DNA of 64,000 nucleotides from the NCBI RefSeq assembly GCF_009914755.1, contig NC_060928.1. One strand, written 5' to 3'. Within the stretch, counting starts at the first letter, position 1. Each line of letters begins with the position of its first letter. Below the pieces are notes generated by a model. That model made no database searches and was not told where the DNA came from. It saw only the letters and a list, made by a program, of their open reading frames with translations. Positions 43,301 to 57,784 of the stretch are shown one piece after another. The DNA comes from the human T2T-CHM13v2.0 reference genome, Homo sapiens. Position numbers and translations under genes: made by a program.

Positions 43301-44220
43301 CACAATGCTAAATCTCATACTTTTTTCATTAAGCAACTATCAAAAGTTTTATTGAGATGGCTGAGCTAAAAATAAAGTCTTATCTTCCATAATCTAATAC
43401 ATCATACCATTGAGTGAACTCTGAATAAATTTTGAAGAATTAAAGAACCTTAATTTCATATAAAATAAAATTGGGTAATCCAGCTTAAATTGCTTGAGTT
43501 CATATTTTTTATCAATCATTAGAAAACAATCAGGCTATGGGCATAAATATATTTAAAAGACAGATATCTGAGAGTTTGCTTGTATGTGATATCAATAAAA
43601 ATGAGATATGCTAGTGAACAGCTATCCTCAACAATCAGTACATTGAGAAAACATTTCATTAAATACTAGCTACCCAGTTGAATCAACTTTTTAAAACATT
43701 TATCAACAATTTTTTCTCATTAGAGTACACTGGAAATAAAATTATTTAATTGTATCTCACCTAGGACATTGGTTCTTAGTCTAGATGAGGACTTATTTTA
43801 CAATATTCGAAGCATAGTCAAACATCTAACATATAAGAACAAAATCCTCAGCTTGTGAAGAAATGTAGAATTCATTAGTTTATATCTGAGTTAATCCTTC
43901 CAAATTTTCTATGAATAACTAAATTATATACAAATATATAATACATATTTTAGGCTTGGTGGGCAATGGGCAGTATGATCTCTTTCATAATGATTCCACT
44001 TTGTTGTTTTAACATAAACAACAACCATTAGACACTACATAAACAATGTGTTGCAGTAAAACTATTTGCCAACATGAGGATTATGCCAACAAATAAACTA
44101 AATCCAAGTGGCTTCAACATTTTCTCAAAGCTATGTTCTCTTCTCTATGCACTGTGACCTATTGCTATAATATGCCATTCAAGTGACCCCAGTTTTTCTA
44201 AGCTTCCCAAATAGCAATCT

Positions 44221-44532
<312 letters not shown>

Positions 44533-44803
44533 TAGTAATCTTCTAAAGTTCCTGGTGAAAAGTCTCTCCTACAAAAGACAGTTTGAGTTACCACTAATAA
44601 TTTTAGTAAATTGATTTGCTACATGTTCGACTCCTGACTTGCAATAAGTTATCAATCCTTAACAGTAAGTTAAATGCAAAAATAACATGAATGAATATCA
44701 GTAATAGCAGGCCCATGAAAGGTAGTTGATTCAGCATTACTGTGGGGGAAAATGTCATTTTCCCTTACTTCATGTTTTCATGTGGAGAATTTTTTAAATT
44801 CTG

Positions 44804-44892
44804 TTTTTTTCTTCAACTTTTATTTTAGATTCAGGGGGTACATATACAGGTTTGTTATGTGTATTGCATGATGCTGTGGTTTGGACTACAGA
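44804..44892 (-). mobile_element. Short older L1PA 3'-end fragment
   Basis: 'ttcaacttttattttagattcagggggtacatatacaggtttgtta...gcatgatgctgtggtttgg'. Confidence 0.88.
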
Positions 44893-45271
44893 CGACAATT
44901 TTTAATTAGAGTAACATCTTATGTTTTACCATCTATCTTTATCACTTATCTTCAGAGGATGGGGTGATTGAGTAATTTGATTGGTGGGTTTGGAAGAAGA
45001 AACTACACATACATGGTATTGCATCTTCCAAGTCCTACCTCTTTGTTGGAACACACGAAGCACACTTTATGTTCTGCTCTCTTCCCTGCAATAATAAGCT
45101 TAGTAAGACAGGCTTTCCCTATCAGAGGAGAGGTGTGTGCCTGAGTTTAGGTGGGAAGTCAGTATTACTGAGGAGAAAAGTTCTACAAGGCCTGAGGTGT
45201 CCACATATCTAAGCCAGATCATCTAATCATCCACTTTTCAGTAGTAATTACAGCATTTGAACATCCCCTAT

Positions 45272-46067
45272 GTTGTATCCATTAGGAATATATTCTGGTA
45301 CAGATTAACAAAAAATAAGCATGTTATGGGCTGAATCGTGTCACTCCAAAATTCTTATGTTGAAGTCCTAACCGCCAGTACCTCAGAATGTGACTGTATT
45401 TTGAGAAAAAAACCTTTAAAAGGGCAATTAAGGTAAAAGGATGTCATATGGGTGTCATATTTCTTCCTTCTCATAAAAGAAAGCTACACACTGATATGCA
45501 CAGAGGAAAAGCCTTTGAAAACAGAAGAAGAATATGGTCATCTATCCTACTATGCAAGGGAAGAGATTTCGGGAGAAATCAATCTTGCTGACACCTTGAT
45601 CTCAGACTTGTAGCCCCCAGAACTATAAGAAAATAAAGTTCTGTTGTTTAAGTCACCCATCTGTGGTACTATGTTGTGGTAGCGCTAGTACATAAATAGA
45701 ACGATTTAATCAAGAGAGATATTTCTTCTCTCAGAAGAAAAGAAATCGTTAGTCTAGGCTGGTAGACCAGTGTTATTAAGTCATCAGGAATGCAGGGGTT
45801 TTTTTTTTTTCCATGTTTTAGTTCTAGACATCACATCTGCAATCCAGCCAGCAGGGAAAAAAACGAGAGAGAGAGATGAGGGCTCTCTTTTTGTGTGACC
45901 ATTTCTGCTTACACAGTCGTTGTCAGAATTTAGATATTAGCCACACCTAGTTGCTGTGAGGAAGGCTGGATAATGTAATTAGTATTTTGTGCTGGGCTAA
46001 AAACTTGAGCTCTCCTTACTGAAGGAGAAGAGAATAGATACTGGCAGACAAGGAGCTGCCTTTCAAA
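45272..46067 (-). mobile_element. Old MaLR LTR (MLT1K/L-like), split by an MLT1B-like LTR
   Basis: 'ctagacatcacatctgcaatccagccagcaggg...ttctgcttacac...gtcagaattt...gccacacctagttgc...aggctgg' is typical of old MLT1. Confidence 0.7.
45322..45700 (+). mobile_element. MLT1B-like MaLR solo LTR
   Basis: Start 'tgttatgggctgaatcgtgtc...gttgaagtcctaaccgccagtacctcagaatgtgac'; end 'ctgacaccttgatctcagactt...aataaagttctgttgtttaagtcacccatctgtggtact'. Confidence 0.92.
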
Positions 46068-48654
46068 GGGATCTGAGTCAAGGAAAATAAAAAAAGTGTT
46101 ATGTAATTACTCCCTAAAGAACCAGCGATTTTTAAACACAGATTTATTCAGAGCACTATAGGTAGCTCCGTGGGATGGGAAGGGAGGGACACTTGAGATT
46201 GCCTTTAAAAACAGATATGAGTGAAAAAATACATTTGCGTACAAGAAATTATCCTGGAAATCCACAAGAGCTGACTTTTGAGTTGGATCTAAGCATGGCT
46301 GATTTGATTGTTTTCACCATTTTCCTGGTTATTACCATTTCCTAGTTTCTACTCAATTATATGGTGATCCACATTGATTATTTAAGACAGTTAACATTTC
46401 TTCTTCTTGTTTGTGATAATGGAAGAAGCAAAACAGATTAAGACAAAACAATCATATACCGTGGCTGCATAAGAGTGGCATTTTCAAGATTGTCTGCCGG
46501 CCTTAACTCCAGTCTGAAAACCATAGAAACCAAAATGTATTTCTGCAGGAATAACAGAAAATTATTTAGGAAGTTACTACGAATAATTTCACATGAAATA
46601 AAGCTACTTTAAAAAATACGAAGAGCTTCATAAATTGAAAGATAAATTCTTGTAAAGCAAGTTGCACATTAATTTAAAACATGTCACAGAAAGGCTCTTC
46701 CTAGATAAATGACACATTATAAAATTTAAAATGTTCTGTTATGATTTGCAGTCATATATATTTTCTTTGTGGAACTCAACCTGTTGATAAACAGTATCCA
46801 AAGAGATTTTTGAGACATTCAAAGTGTAAGGCCTTTTTAAAAAATTACAAAATTATAGAAACATGGCAGGTCTTATGACTTATTTCATTCTCCTTACCTA
46901 GTCAAAATGCATCAGAGTGGTAAAAGCCTCGTTATGTGTTTGCGTTTTGTGTGACCACACATGCAGAATGTACTTGAACACTGGTCTGGGGTCTTGATGT
47001 CAAATTCTCTATTTTTGGTGATTATAATGTTATTGATTAATTTTCTGTGCCTCCAAAGAGGGATCTGCTTCTGTTTTAATGTGTAATACAACTGCCCTGG
47101 CTTTTAATTTTAGTTGTTACTCAGAACAGCCTTTTCTGGTGCCCTATCATAAAAATGTTAGCAATGTTTTTTCAGTGCTCTAGTCTTACGTTTAGAACTC
47201 TCTTCCTTTATCAAAGAAAGCTGCTATTTTCCCTACATCCCACTACCTCTATGGAATCCTACATTACTAATGGGAATACGTCAGGAAATTCCCCTCACCC
47301 TCATCCGTAATTTGCACTAAAATGATGGTATTTAAGCCTGTGTAACTTGATAGTCAATGTTTAATATGTTTCGTGTAAAGAGGAAGATAACTGAGGAGAA
47401 TGAGCCTTCCTCTGGATAGCCACTCTTGTTATCAAACACATGAAGCTGGCAAAACCCCAATCCTACTGCTTTCTGGACACTGGTACTCCAGTATCTTTCC
47501 TTCTGACATTTCCTACTGTCACCAATTGTAACTGCCATCACAGTCTGCACACACAAAGTTAGCATATCTTGGGCATTAATAAATGTTCATTGATCAGACT
47601 CTTGGCTTTCATTTGGCCCTGAATGATATGTGTCATTAACATTTGCACAGTGGGGGCGGCAGACTACAAAACAGGCGTGAGTCTGACTTACGAAAGGGAT
47701 GTGACAGCACGGGGATCTCTATTCTTTGTTTTTTTCTTTGTCTATTCATAGAAATAAGTGATCTTTTCTGACAGTTATTATTCAAACTCTAAATAATTTA
47801 CATGATGTGGAAAAATTGTGTTTTTTTTCCATATAGAGAGCATAGCTTCAAAAATCATGAATGCTGAGGAGCATTCAGCTTTGTACCTTGTACAAAGTAC
47901 ACTTCAAGCTCATGCCAAATATTCTTTGAAAAATCACTTGGCTATCAAACCACTGACAATAAAATAAAAATAGAGGTTTATATACATTTAAGAAACTTCT
48001 TTAAAAATTTTGTTTAAAGAGAATGCAAAAATTATTAATATACATTATTTAGAAAATTATGACATGTAAAAACTAAACAAGTGAAATTGTCGAGCTTCAT
48101 TTAGAGGCAAATTTGTCTTCTTAAAAGTTTTTCATCTTTAAATGTGTAAGAATGTAAACCAATTAATTAAATATACATTTCAATAAACTAGGAGCAAGTA
48201 TAACATATATGAGAAGAGAAAGATTAAAACTTGAAAGCAAAATTAATAAATTAAAAAGAAACATTTTACTTTTGTTTAAACACAATAAAAGTAAAAGTGA
48301 TAAATATATCAGATGGCTAGTTTTTTGAGTACAAGAATTAAATAGACAACATCCTGCCAAGTACAATGAAAAATGTCAAATATTCCCAAATTATTTTATA
48401 AATATACTGTAATTCTAAGAAAAATACTAGTAGTGTTTGTTTTTGTTTTTATTTTGAGAAATGATAAGTGTCTAAAGCTCACGTGAAAAACAAGTAGCTA
48501 TCCAGTTCTGCTTGGCAGCTTCTGTCATATTTTTCCCTGTAGGTTTCTATTACATATTTTCTGGAGATTGAATGTGCACTAGGTATTATTAGAGTACATA
48601 CCTTTACCTATTATTGCATAATAACCATGTTGAATACTTCGAGCTGCCGTGTTT

Positions 48655-48965
48655 TATAAACAGCATGGCTGGGGCATACTGGGGCAGGGATAGTGGCCAA
48701 AATAAGGCTGGAGAAATAGGCAGGGGACAGATCCCTGCAGGGCACTGCAAACTAAGGTGAGGTCTTTGGATGTTTTATTCCAAGAGCAATATAATGTATT
48801 TGGGGGTTTTAAACAGGAGCATATCTTGTTTTATTTTTAAAAACCACCTCTTGCTCTTATGTAAAGATTTGAATGTGAGAAAGCAAGATTGGAAATGAGT
48901 GGAGAAAGACAAAGGAAATTTTAAAAAATCTTAAGTTGTTTTGAAATCCAAAAGTAGAAAGAATG
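48655..48965 (-). mobile_element. L2 relic (antisense)
   Basis: 'aggctggagaaataggcaggggacagatccctgcagggc...gagcaat...gggttttaaacaggag'. Confidence 0.75.
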
Positions 48966-48987
48966 AGAGAAAGAAAAAAATTCTCTC

Positions 48988-49470
48988 TTAATATGATATG
49001 ATAAAAATGGCACTTTACCTTGCCTCTGTGATATCCCCACCCCAAAACCATAATCCCAACTTAATTATGAGAAAAATATAAAAACTCCAAATAGATAGGC
49101 ATCCTAACAGTCATCCTTAAAACTGTCAAGATTATGAAAAACTGAGAAACTGAGAAATTATCACAACCAAGAAAAGCAAAAGGAGACATGAAAACTAAAT
49201 GTAATATGGTATCCTGGATGAACTCCTGGAACAGAAAAATAACTTTAGGTAAAAACTAAAAAAATTGAATAAATTGTGGATTTTAATTAATAATAATGTA
49301 TCAATATAATCCCACTACTTGTACTAAATATATCATATTAACATTAGACTTTAATCACAGGGTAAATTGTGAAATTCTGTGGGTGAGGGGTATATGGCAA
49401 TCTTCTGTACTATCTGCTCAATTTTTCTATAAACCTAAAACAATTCTAACAATAGAGTCTAATTATAAAG
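48988..49470 (+). mobile_element. L1MC/MD-type 3'UTR
   Basis: 'aaaactgtcaagattatgaaaa...ggagacatgaaaactaaatgtaatatggtatcctggatg...ctgtactatctgctcaatttttctataaacctaaaa'. Confidence 0.88.
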
Positions 49471-50402
49471 AATGAATAAGTGTTTATTGATCCATATTTA
49501 TGGAAATGGGTGTTGTTGTTAGAGCAGTCTTGGGACCCTTAAATAGTCAGGTAGTAAGATCGTCAGCCTTGGCCTGGATCTGAGACCTCACTGTTTCCTA
49601 GTATGTAAGAGCTTTCCTTGATTTCCTACTTGGCCAGTGGCTTGATACAAAAACCTTCCCATTTAAGAACCTGAATATAGATATTTTAATTCTAGTACCA
49701 AATTCAGTGGTTTATGAAGGATGGCAATTAATTCTGCCTGCCATTAGACAGTTGGGTCTTCCCATTGAACTCAGTAAGAACCTGATTTGAATCTGCTGTA
49801 AACTGCCTCAGGGTGGCCAGTGCATGGAACTTGGAGCCTGATTGAATGCCAGTGATGAGGCAGGTTGATCTGCGTCTCTCGAAAAATGTATGGAATGGTA
49901 CATGTAACTGAAGTAGACCAGTGCAGGCAAAAAGCAACAATCACCTTTGTGATATAATGCTGGTTTCCCTCAGTCTTTCGAAAGAGGGATCTCCACAATT
50001 TATTACACAGCTAATATGTTTGTCCCAGAGTCAGGGACCTTTTTAATCCAATGCCTAGATATAAGAGTGATGAAAACTGGCACCAAAATTGGGTGTTCTC
50101 CCACTCTAGTACAGTAGAAGTCATTCTAAGAATCATGGCAGGTCAGAATCTGAGAGGAGACAGCAGGTGCACAGGTGTGTAAGGGTCTGAGAGGGGAAAG
50201 GCACAAGTAGAAAGGATTAAGAGAAAAGGTGATTGTGAAGATGTGCCTGTGAATAGCCAGAGACATGATCACTGCCTCCCTGGTGATCTCGTGAGTCACT
50301 GAAATTATCTTCCTAGGCTCTGAGAAACACACCAACTGGGCTACTTCCCTATGGCATTATCAGACAAACAGTGCCGCATGTATCTTCTTGTGTTTTGTAT
50401 AT

Positions 50403-52110
50403 ATTTTATCAGACTTTATTTTATAGACCTGTTTTAGGTTCACAGCACAACTGAGCAGAAGATACAGAAATTTTCCATATTCTCCCTACCCCCACAGATG
50501 TACAGCCACTGCCACTATCAACACCTCACACAAGAGTGCTACATCAATTTGTTACAATTGATGAACAAACACTGACACATCATTATTACCCTAAGCCTGT
50601 GGTTTATATCAAGGTTCACTCTTGGTGTTGTGTCCTCTATGGGTTTTGACAAATGTATAATGATATGTATCTACCATTATAGGATCACACAGAGTAGTTT
50701 CATTGCCCTAAAAATCCTCTATTCTCCTCCTATTCATCTCCTCCCCACAACTCCTGACAACCACTGATCCTTTTGCTATCTCCATAGTTTTGCTGTTTCC
50801 AGAATGTTCTATGTGTGGAATCACACAGTATGTAGTCTTTTCAGATTGCCTTCTTTCATTTAGTAATATGCACTTGGAGTTCTTCCATGACTTTTCATTG
50901 CTTGATGGATAATTTCTTTTTAGCAATAACGAATAAACCCGTTATAAACATCTGTGCACAGGTTTTTGTTAGGATCTTCAACTCCTGTGGGCAAGAAGCT
51001 TGATGGTTTATTTTATGGTGAAGTACATTTGGTTTTCTAAGAACCTGTTAAACTCTCTTCCAACACAGTACTATTTTGTCTTCCAACAATGTACCATTTT
51101 GCATTCCAATATCAATGAATGGGGGTTTCTGTTCCACATCTTCTCTGGCATTTATTGTTATCAGTGTTCCAGATTTTGGCCTTTCTAATAGATGTGTAGT
51201 GGCATCTCATAGTTGTTTTAATTTGCAAGTCCTTAATCACATAAAATGTTGAGAATCTTTCCATATGTTTATTTGCCATCTTCTTTGGTGAGGTGTCTAT
51301 TCAGGTCTTTGGGCCAATTTTTTCCTGATACTAAATTTAATTTCTTTTTTTTCTTCAACTTTTAAGTTCCAGGGTACATGTGCAGGATGTGCAGGTTTGT
51401 TACATAGCTAAATATGTGCCATGGTGGTTTGCTGCACAGATCAACCCGTCACCTAGGTGTTAAGACCCCAGCATCCATTAGCTATTCTTCCTGATATTCT
51501 CTCTCTCACCGCTTATAGATTCTAGATATTAGACCTTTGTCAGATGGATAAATTGCAAAAATTTTCTCCCACTTTTTAGGTTGCCTGTTGGCTCTGATGA
51601 AAGTTTCTTTTGCTGTGCAGAAGCTCTTTGGTTTAATTAGATCAATTTTAGTTTTTGTTGCAATTGCTTTTGGTGATTTCATCATGAAATCTTTGCCTGT
51701 GCCTATGTCCTAAATGGTATTGCCTATATTTTCTTCTAGGGGTTTTATAGTTTTGGGTTTTACAATTAAGACTTTAATCCATTTTGAGTTAATTTTTGTA
51801 TAAGATGTAAGGAAGGGGTCCACTTTCAATTTTCTGTATATGGCTAGCCAGTTCTCCCAGCATCATTTAGTAAATAGGGAATCCTTTCACCATTGCTTGT
51901 TTTTGTTAGGCTTGTGAAGATCACATGGTTGTAGATATGTGATCTTATTTCCGAGCTCTGTATCATGGACCATTTTTAATAGATTTTGCATTTTCTTCTT
52001 TTGAGTTGCAAAGACTTGCCTGTATATTTTGGATGCAAATTCTTTATTAGATGTATGTTTTGTGAATATTTTCTCCCCGTCTGTTGTTTGTCTTCTCATG
52101 CTTTGACTGT
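50403..52110 (-). mobile_element. L1MC-type 3' portion, interrupted by a younger L1PA
   Basis: 'ttttaggttcacagcacaactgagcagaag...gttacaattgatgaac...' reverse L1MC 3'UTR; ORF2-like sequence resumes after ~51965 (ORF 51887 RQTTDGEKIFTKHTSNK). Confidence 0.9.
51340..51962 (-). mobile_element. L1PA (mid-age) 3' insertion with internal deletion
   Basis: 'caacttttaagttccagggtacatgtgcaggatgtgcaggtttgttacatag' 3'UTR, then a jump at ~51512 to ORF2 'tagatattagacctttgtcagatgg'. Confidence 0.92.
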
Positions 52111-55100
52111 GTTATACCTTTTATGGTGTCTACTCTAAGAGCACACACAGTTAGGGAGAGAAATATATGGAGGCATTTCCATTGGATTAAAAGGTATTAA
52201 GGTAAGAGGCCAAAATCTGAAAAGAAGCATTAATTGTGGAAATGTAGCCTATCTGATTGTGGGGGAAATCCAGCAGTAGAGATTAAGTGATGAGGAAAAA
52301 AAAGTGTGTATCTTCAGCAACATGCAACTTCACTTTATAATTACGAGCATTTCTGTTCATTGAAATGTGTGTAATGTTTTCTTCTTTCAGGTTATAATTA
52401 CAAATAAATTTATACCTGAAGTCATTTATTTTTATATAGTTGTTTACTGATTTGTTGCGTGTTTATTTTTGCTAATGTATGCATTAACTGATAATTGGTA
52501 GAAATCAGCAGTTAGGAGCAAAAAAAATGCATTATTTTTTCAATGTAAGCTCTGTGAGAAAAACAAAAATGTTTCTGCATCAATTTAATATGTTTTCTCA
52601 TCAGTGTGGAATTTATGTAGGGATTTTTATATCAGTTTGGTCTTCATAGATACTCTTTTCCTCCTGTCGCCTGAATATACGTGAAACTAAGAGAAATGTA
52701 AATTTTTCTTTGCTTTTGGTTTTCTCCTATGCTTTGAAATACTTTGACAAGACCATAAGCATTTCTAAAGCAAAAATCTGTTTCAGTTTTATTTATGAAA
52801 CTATATTGACATACAATCTATGATTAATATTGATTTCTTCTGAAGATTGTAAGCAGGAATCAGAGAGGTACCATTGACTAACAAATGTTATTATGAGTTG
52901 AATTTTATTTGAAAAGCAAATGTTAAAATATTTTTTTGTTTGCTTAAAGTTCATTGTGAAAATATTGGAGAAAGATGTTAAACCTAGCTAGAGTTGCTGG
53001 GAGAAGAGAAAAGGTATTTCAATAAGAGTGAGTAACTATTTTCATTATGAAAAAGATTAATAACACAACAGGAAAATGAATACAAATAAATAATTCATGA
53101 AAAGGGAAGTAAAAATGAAACACTTGAAATATTGCACTGAAAATTATAAGTTAACAAAAAGTTAAAATTGTATCTATATAATTACAAAGGACATAAGAAT
53201 TACAATGTCCTGCATTGATAGAGTTTATGTGTATTTTTTCTTTCTCTCTATATTACTGTATTTCCCCTTGTTTGTGAAATTAATATTTATATTATAGTTG
53301 CAAAGAGTAAAAATTTTAAGAATTTTAAAAGATACATTTTAAAGCACTTCCATTTTTCCTATCATTACACCCAATTATGTAGCTCACATTAATGAATTGT
53401 ACATAATAGGAGTACAAACTCTGTTATCTCAATGTATCACTTTTCAAAAGAGGTTAGGAAAATGTTTTAATAATTCAAAATATCCAGAGATATTTTAACA
53501 GTATCTTGGACTAACAAACGTATTTCAGCACTATGTCTTAAGAACACTTTTGTTTTAATAGCATTTTTCTATTTTAGTCATAAGTGGTCAACATTAGATC
53601 TACCATTCTACAAGAAAGTATAGGTCCTGCATCCTATTCATAAATAAAAAGAATAGAATACAATTTGAATCTTGCTCCTCCTCCTCATTAGAGTGTAATC
53701 TTGGTAGGTGATAAGTCTTCTTGATTGCATTTCTTTACATTAAAATGAGAAAGATATGTAATATTTCCTGGGTGTCTTAGAAAGACTATTAGAATAATTA
53801 ATTTAGAATTAGGTAACCACGTGTAAATGTCCTATGTAGGATTTGACTCAGAAATGATATTCAAAGAATAGAAGCACTTAGTGGCTTCCTGGCCATTTAT
53901 GAAATGGTAAGTGGTACAGTTAGAAATGATCTGAGGTCAAGCTCTGCTTTCGTTCCCCACCATAAACACCATAAATCCCCTATTCCAGCTGGAAACATAG
54001 ACTTAATATTGTTAATGTGTAAGAACCCAGATAACCATGAAATTGTTCACCTTCTTGCAAGAATTAATTGTATAAAACTCTCTTGGTTGGTCAAAGATGC
54101 TAGACTTGGTATTGCCATCGATTGATGCTGATACCTTGTAGTTTTTCTTATCAGTATTATGCTTTGTTTTCACCTTCAACGACATGTTAGCCTTCTAAAG
54201 CCTGCTTTACTTTGCTGTACTTACTCCAGCCTTTGCCAGTTTCTGAAGAATGAGGTTATGCCCTAGACAGCTTCCCTGGAGACAGACTGCTGACCCTATG
54301 CTACTATAGCCCTGGTGTTCCTCTTTGGTCCAGGGAGAACTCCTGTGCGCTATGCTCTCAGTATGCTCTGGGATCCTGCCCTCTGAGCTCAACCTGCATT
54401 CCCTGCCCCCACAGGATGGACTGACAGAGACAGATGGGCCAAGAGCTGGGAAACATTTTTGCTATAATTTTGTATTTTAATAGAAATTTTGGAATATATT
54501 AAGTGAAATCAGTTATTGAATCTTTTTGCTAAAATAAATCTGAAAAATAACTATGTCTCTATGTTTTAGAATTTCCAGAACCTAACTATTTTAAGTACTG
54601 TAATCTGAACAATGTAAGAACATCTTACAAACAGAAACTCAGAAAAAAGTAAAAAGCATTCAAGCAAAAGATTGTAGCCAAACTGGCTACAATTCAGAAA
54701 ATAAAACTTGTAAAGCTTTAGCAATGTAAAATTTGGAAAAACGTACAATTTGAGAGATATAGCAGGTTCAAATTGAATTATATCAAAGCATGTTTTTCCA
54801 AAGAAACTGATACCAAATGTCTGTGTTTCTATAGAGAGCAAACTAAGGCTAAATAAGTGTAAAATATCAGATAAGAAACTCATATGAGAAGAAGTAAAGA
54901 TAGCCTGATGGAAATGTTCTTTCTTAAACACACACAGTGCTATCAATTTGTTATAGGATCTAATTCCCTTGTAGATGTTTGGAAACAGAGGAAACTTCCA
55001 TTAATTTGGAGTTTTTAATCGTGCCTAAAGATAGGACTAAAAATCTTCTCAGGATATCATACTTCGATTTTTATGAGCCTATGTCAGGAATCATTTAAAT

Positions 55101-55600
55101 CATCACTTCAGAAAAAAGAAGGTATATCTAGAAGCTTATATTCATATTACATGTTTGCCTTTAATCCAATGGTAATGTGTCATAGACTCTAAGAAATTAA
55201 AAAATTATTGTGGACTTTGGTGTTCATAAACAATTTGACTACTACTATGAATCAAAACTTGAAGAGAGTACAGTAAGACAATAAAATAATTTCTAGTAAG
55301 ATAGCAATAGTACACACATACTTTAGGAATTCTTCGTTGGTTATATATTTTTTTCTCACATTGTTACAGCTGTGTTGGATTTAAAATGGCTATGATAAAG
55401 GTGATATCATAAAAAGAAATCAATTTATGATTAATTAGAACTGTTTAATTATCAGGAAATCAAGAATTAAATTTTTGGATGAAAAAGTGTTGTTTCTTTT
55501 ATGATTATGAGTTAGTTAATAGACTTTGAAGTTGGGAAAAATTCTCAGGAATCTTGGAAATTGGCAAAGGTATTTTGTACCTCTATACAGTATTAAAAAA

Positions 55601-56106
55601 ATATACCCAAAGGATTATAAATCATGCTGCTATAAAGACACATGCACACATATGTTTATTGCGGCACTATTCACAATAGCAAAAACTTGGAACCAACCCA
55701 AATGTCCAACAATGATAGACTGGATTAAGAAAATGTGGCACATACACACCATTAAATACTATGGAGCCATAAAAAATGATGAGTACATGTCCTTTGTAGG
55801 GACATGGATGAAGCTGGAAACCATCATTCTCAGCAAACACAGGAACAGAAAACCAAACACCGCATGTCCTCACTCATAGGTGGGAATTGAACAATGGGAA
55901 CACATGGATGCGGGGGGGAGCATCACACGCCGGGGCCTGTTGTGGGGTGGGGGGAGTGGGGAGGGATAGCATTGGGAGATATACCTAATGTTAAATGACG
56001 AGGTGATGGGTGCAGCACACCAGCATGGTACATGTATACATATGTAACTAACCTGCACGTTGTGCACATGTACCCTAGAACTTAAAGTATAATAATAATA
56101 AAAAAA
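55601..56106 (+). mobile_element. L1PA4/5-like 3' end (~500 bp)
   Basis: YPKDYKSCCYKDTCTHMFIAALFTIAKTWNQPKCPTMIDWIKKMWHI is the L1 ORF2 C-terminus; 3'UTR 'acctgcacgttgtgcacatgtaccctagaacttaaagtataat'. Confidence 0.97.
55932..55965 (+). other. G-quadruplex-capable tract in the L1 3'UTR
   Basis: ggggcctgttgtggggtggggggagtggggaggg; a standard L1PA feature. Confidence 0.75.
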
Positions 56107-57784
56107 TCAATATCGTTGAGGTTTTTCATGTTAGATCAATTTTCTGTACTAAACAGGAAATAACTTTCCTTTGCCTATTGTACAGTGAGTCACATAGGCC
56201 TGTTGCACTCTACCAAAATATCTCTGGCAGTCAGGCTTCCTGTAACATACAGAAAGGCTGCTGAACACATTTAATTCATCCATCTGTTACTCACATACAG
56301 CTATTGTAATTTACAATTCTGTGAGCAATTTGATTACTTAGGTGTTGAATTAGTAGTGTTTGCTTTTATATCATTTGAATTTCAAATGTGTCTATCTAAT
56401 GTATTTTCATAGCTACATTAGATATTTTAGCTAAATAAAGCAAGTTCACTAAAAGCAACTAATTCTCCCTTAAATGCTAAATGACACACATCAATAGATC
56501 TTCACTGAACAAACAACTCCCTTATTTCCATTTGATTAATAAAGAGTTGTTTCTTTCAATGGATACATAAAAAATCAAATGCATTTTTCTTCCAAAAATT
56601 TTAGAGCTATTTTTTAAAAATTTAGAAAAAAGAATCACCAATAAAGTAAAATTCAGCTCAATCAAGTAATCAAAAGAAAATTTTATCCTAAGCAAATCTA
56701 TAGAGATAGAGAAAAAATTGTCAAAGAATTAGAGTTCTCTAAATGAACAAATGTCAGGCATGTATAACATTCACAAGGCTTGAAAAAAGTCCTGTTGGAA
56801 AAAGTTGTTAAAATATGTGTTTGAAGAGCACACTTACGGTGATCCAGGGTTGCTAAACTTCACAGGTAAAAAATACTTTATGTAATTCCTTGGGAATACA
56901 TTTTTAAAGATTAATGAAACTCACTTCTAACTGCTTTCTGAAATGACAAATACTTTCCCTTCAAAAAATCAAAATACTTATGCATTATTACCTTATATAT
57001 GTACTGCTCTGAAATCCATTTTCAAAATGAATCATTAAAAATAATTCTGAAGATGAGTATCACCACCTTCTTTTTCAGTTCCCTGTAAGTATTTCTTCAT
57101 TTCTCTCTACAGGATTTTCCTTTCTACATGTTAACAGCAAGTTAAAAATAAACTTCGTTTTCTATAATTAAGAGTTCTGTATGGAAAATATAAAGTAGTT
57201 CTTTTAAGATTTCTTATGAAAAATTGCCCAAGCTGAGCATTACAGTTTTTATTACAGGCTAGTTATGATACTTAGGATAAGCAAGGAAGAAGGATACTAT
57301 CTTATATGCTATCTCACTCCAGTGAGCCTAAGATCAATATGCTGTAAGCAGGAAAGTAAATCTATCTAATATAAAATTAAACTCTTCAAAGATGGCAGTT
57401 GCATTTCTTATATTTCTAGGCTAAAGTGATTGTATTTAATATATACATTTATGCTACAATATTAAGTCTTCATGATTTTGAAGGTGATAGAATTGTAAAA
57501 AAAAAAAAAAATCGAAAAAAGTAAAAGAAAATTTAAATCACCCGCATCTTACAATGCAGACATAAACACTGTCAACATCTAGGAAGTTACTTTTCAGTCA
57601 TTTTGTGATAGGTGATGATAGATAGATAAAAAATAAATGGATACTTTTATCTTTAAAAATTATAATCATATTGTTTATGGTTTTATATCATCTACCATTA
57701 TATCATGACTATTTTGGCCTGCCAATAAACATTTTTAGAATATCTGATTTTAAGATCAATGTATTTTGTGTTAAAATGTATTTA

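Noticed and set aside
47650-47715. GC box (GGGGCGG) next to GACTACAA with a few CpGs
   Set aside because: Too short for a CpG island and only a partial ZNF143-type motif; not enough to call a promoter.
49852-49911. Box C (GTGATGA) and box D (CTGA) pair suggesting a snoRNA
   Set aside because: No terminal stem, short spacing and no recognisable rRNA/snRNA guide; expected by chance.
54130-54412. GC-richer block ending CCCCCACA, possible ancient LTR
   Set aside because: I could not match it to any family with confidence.
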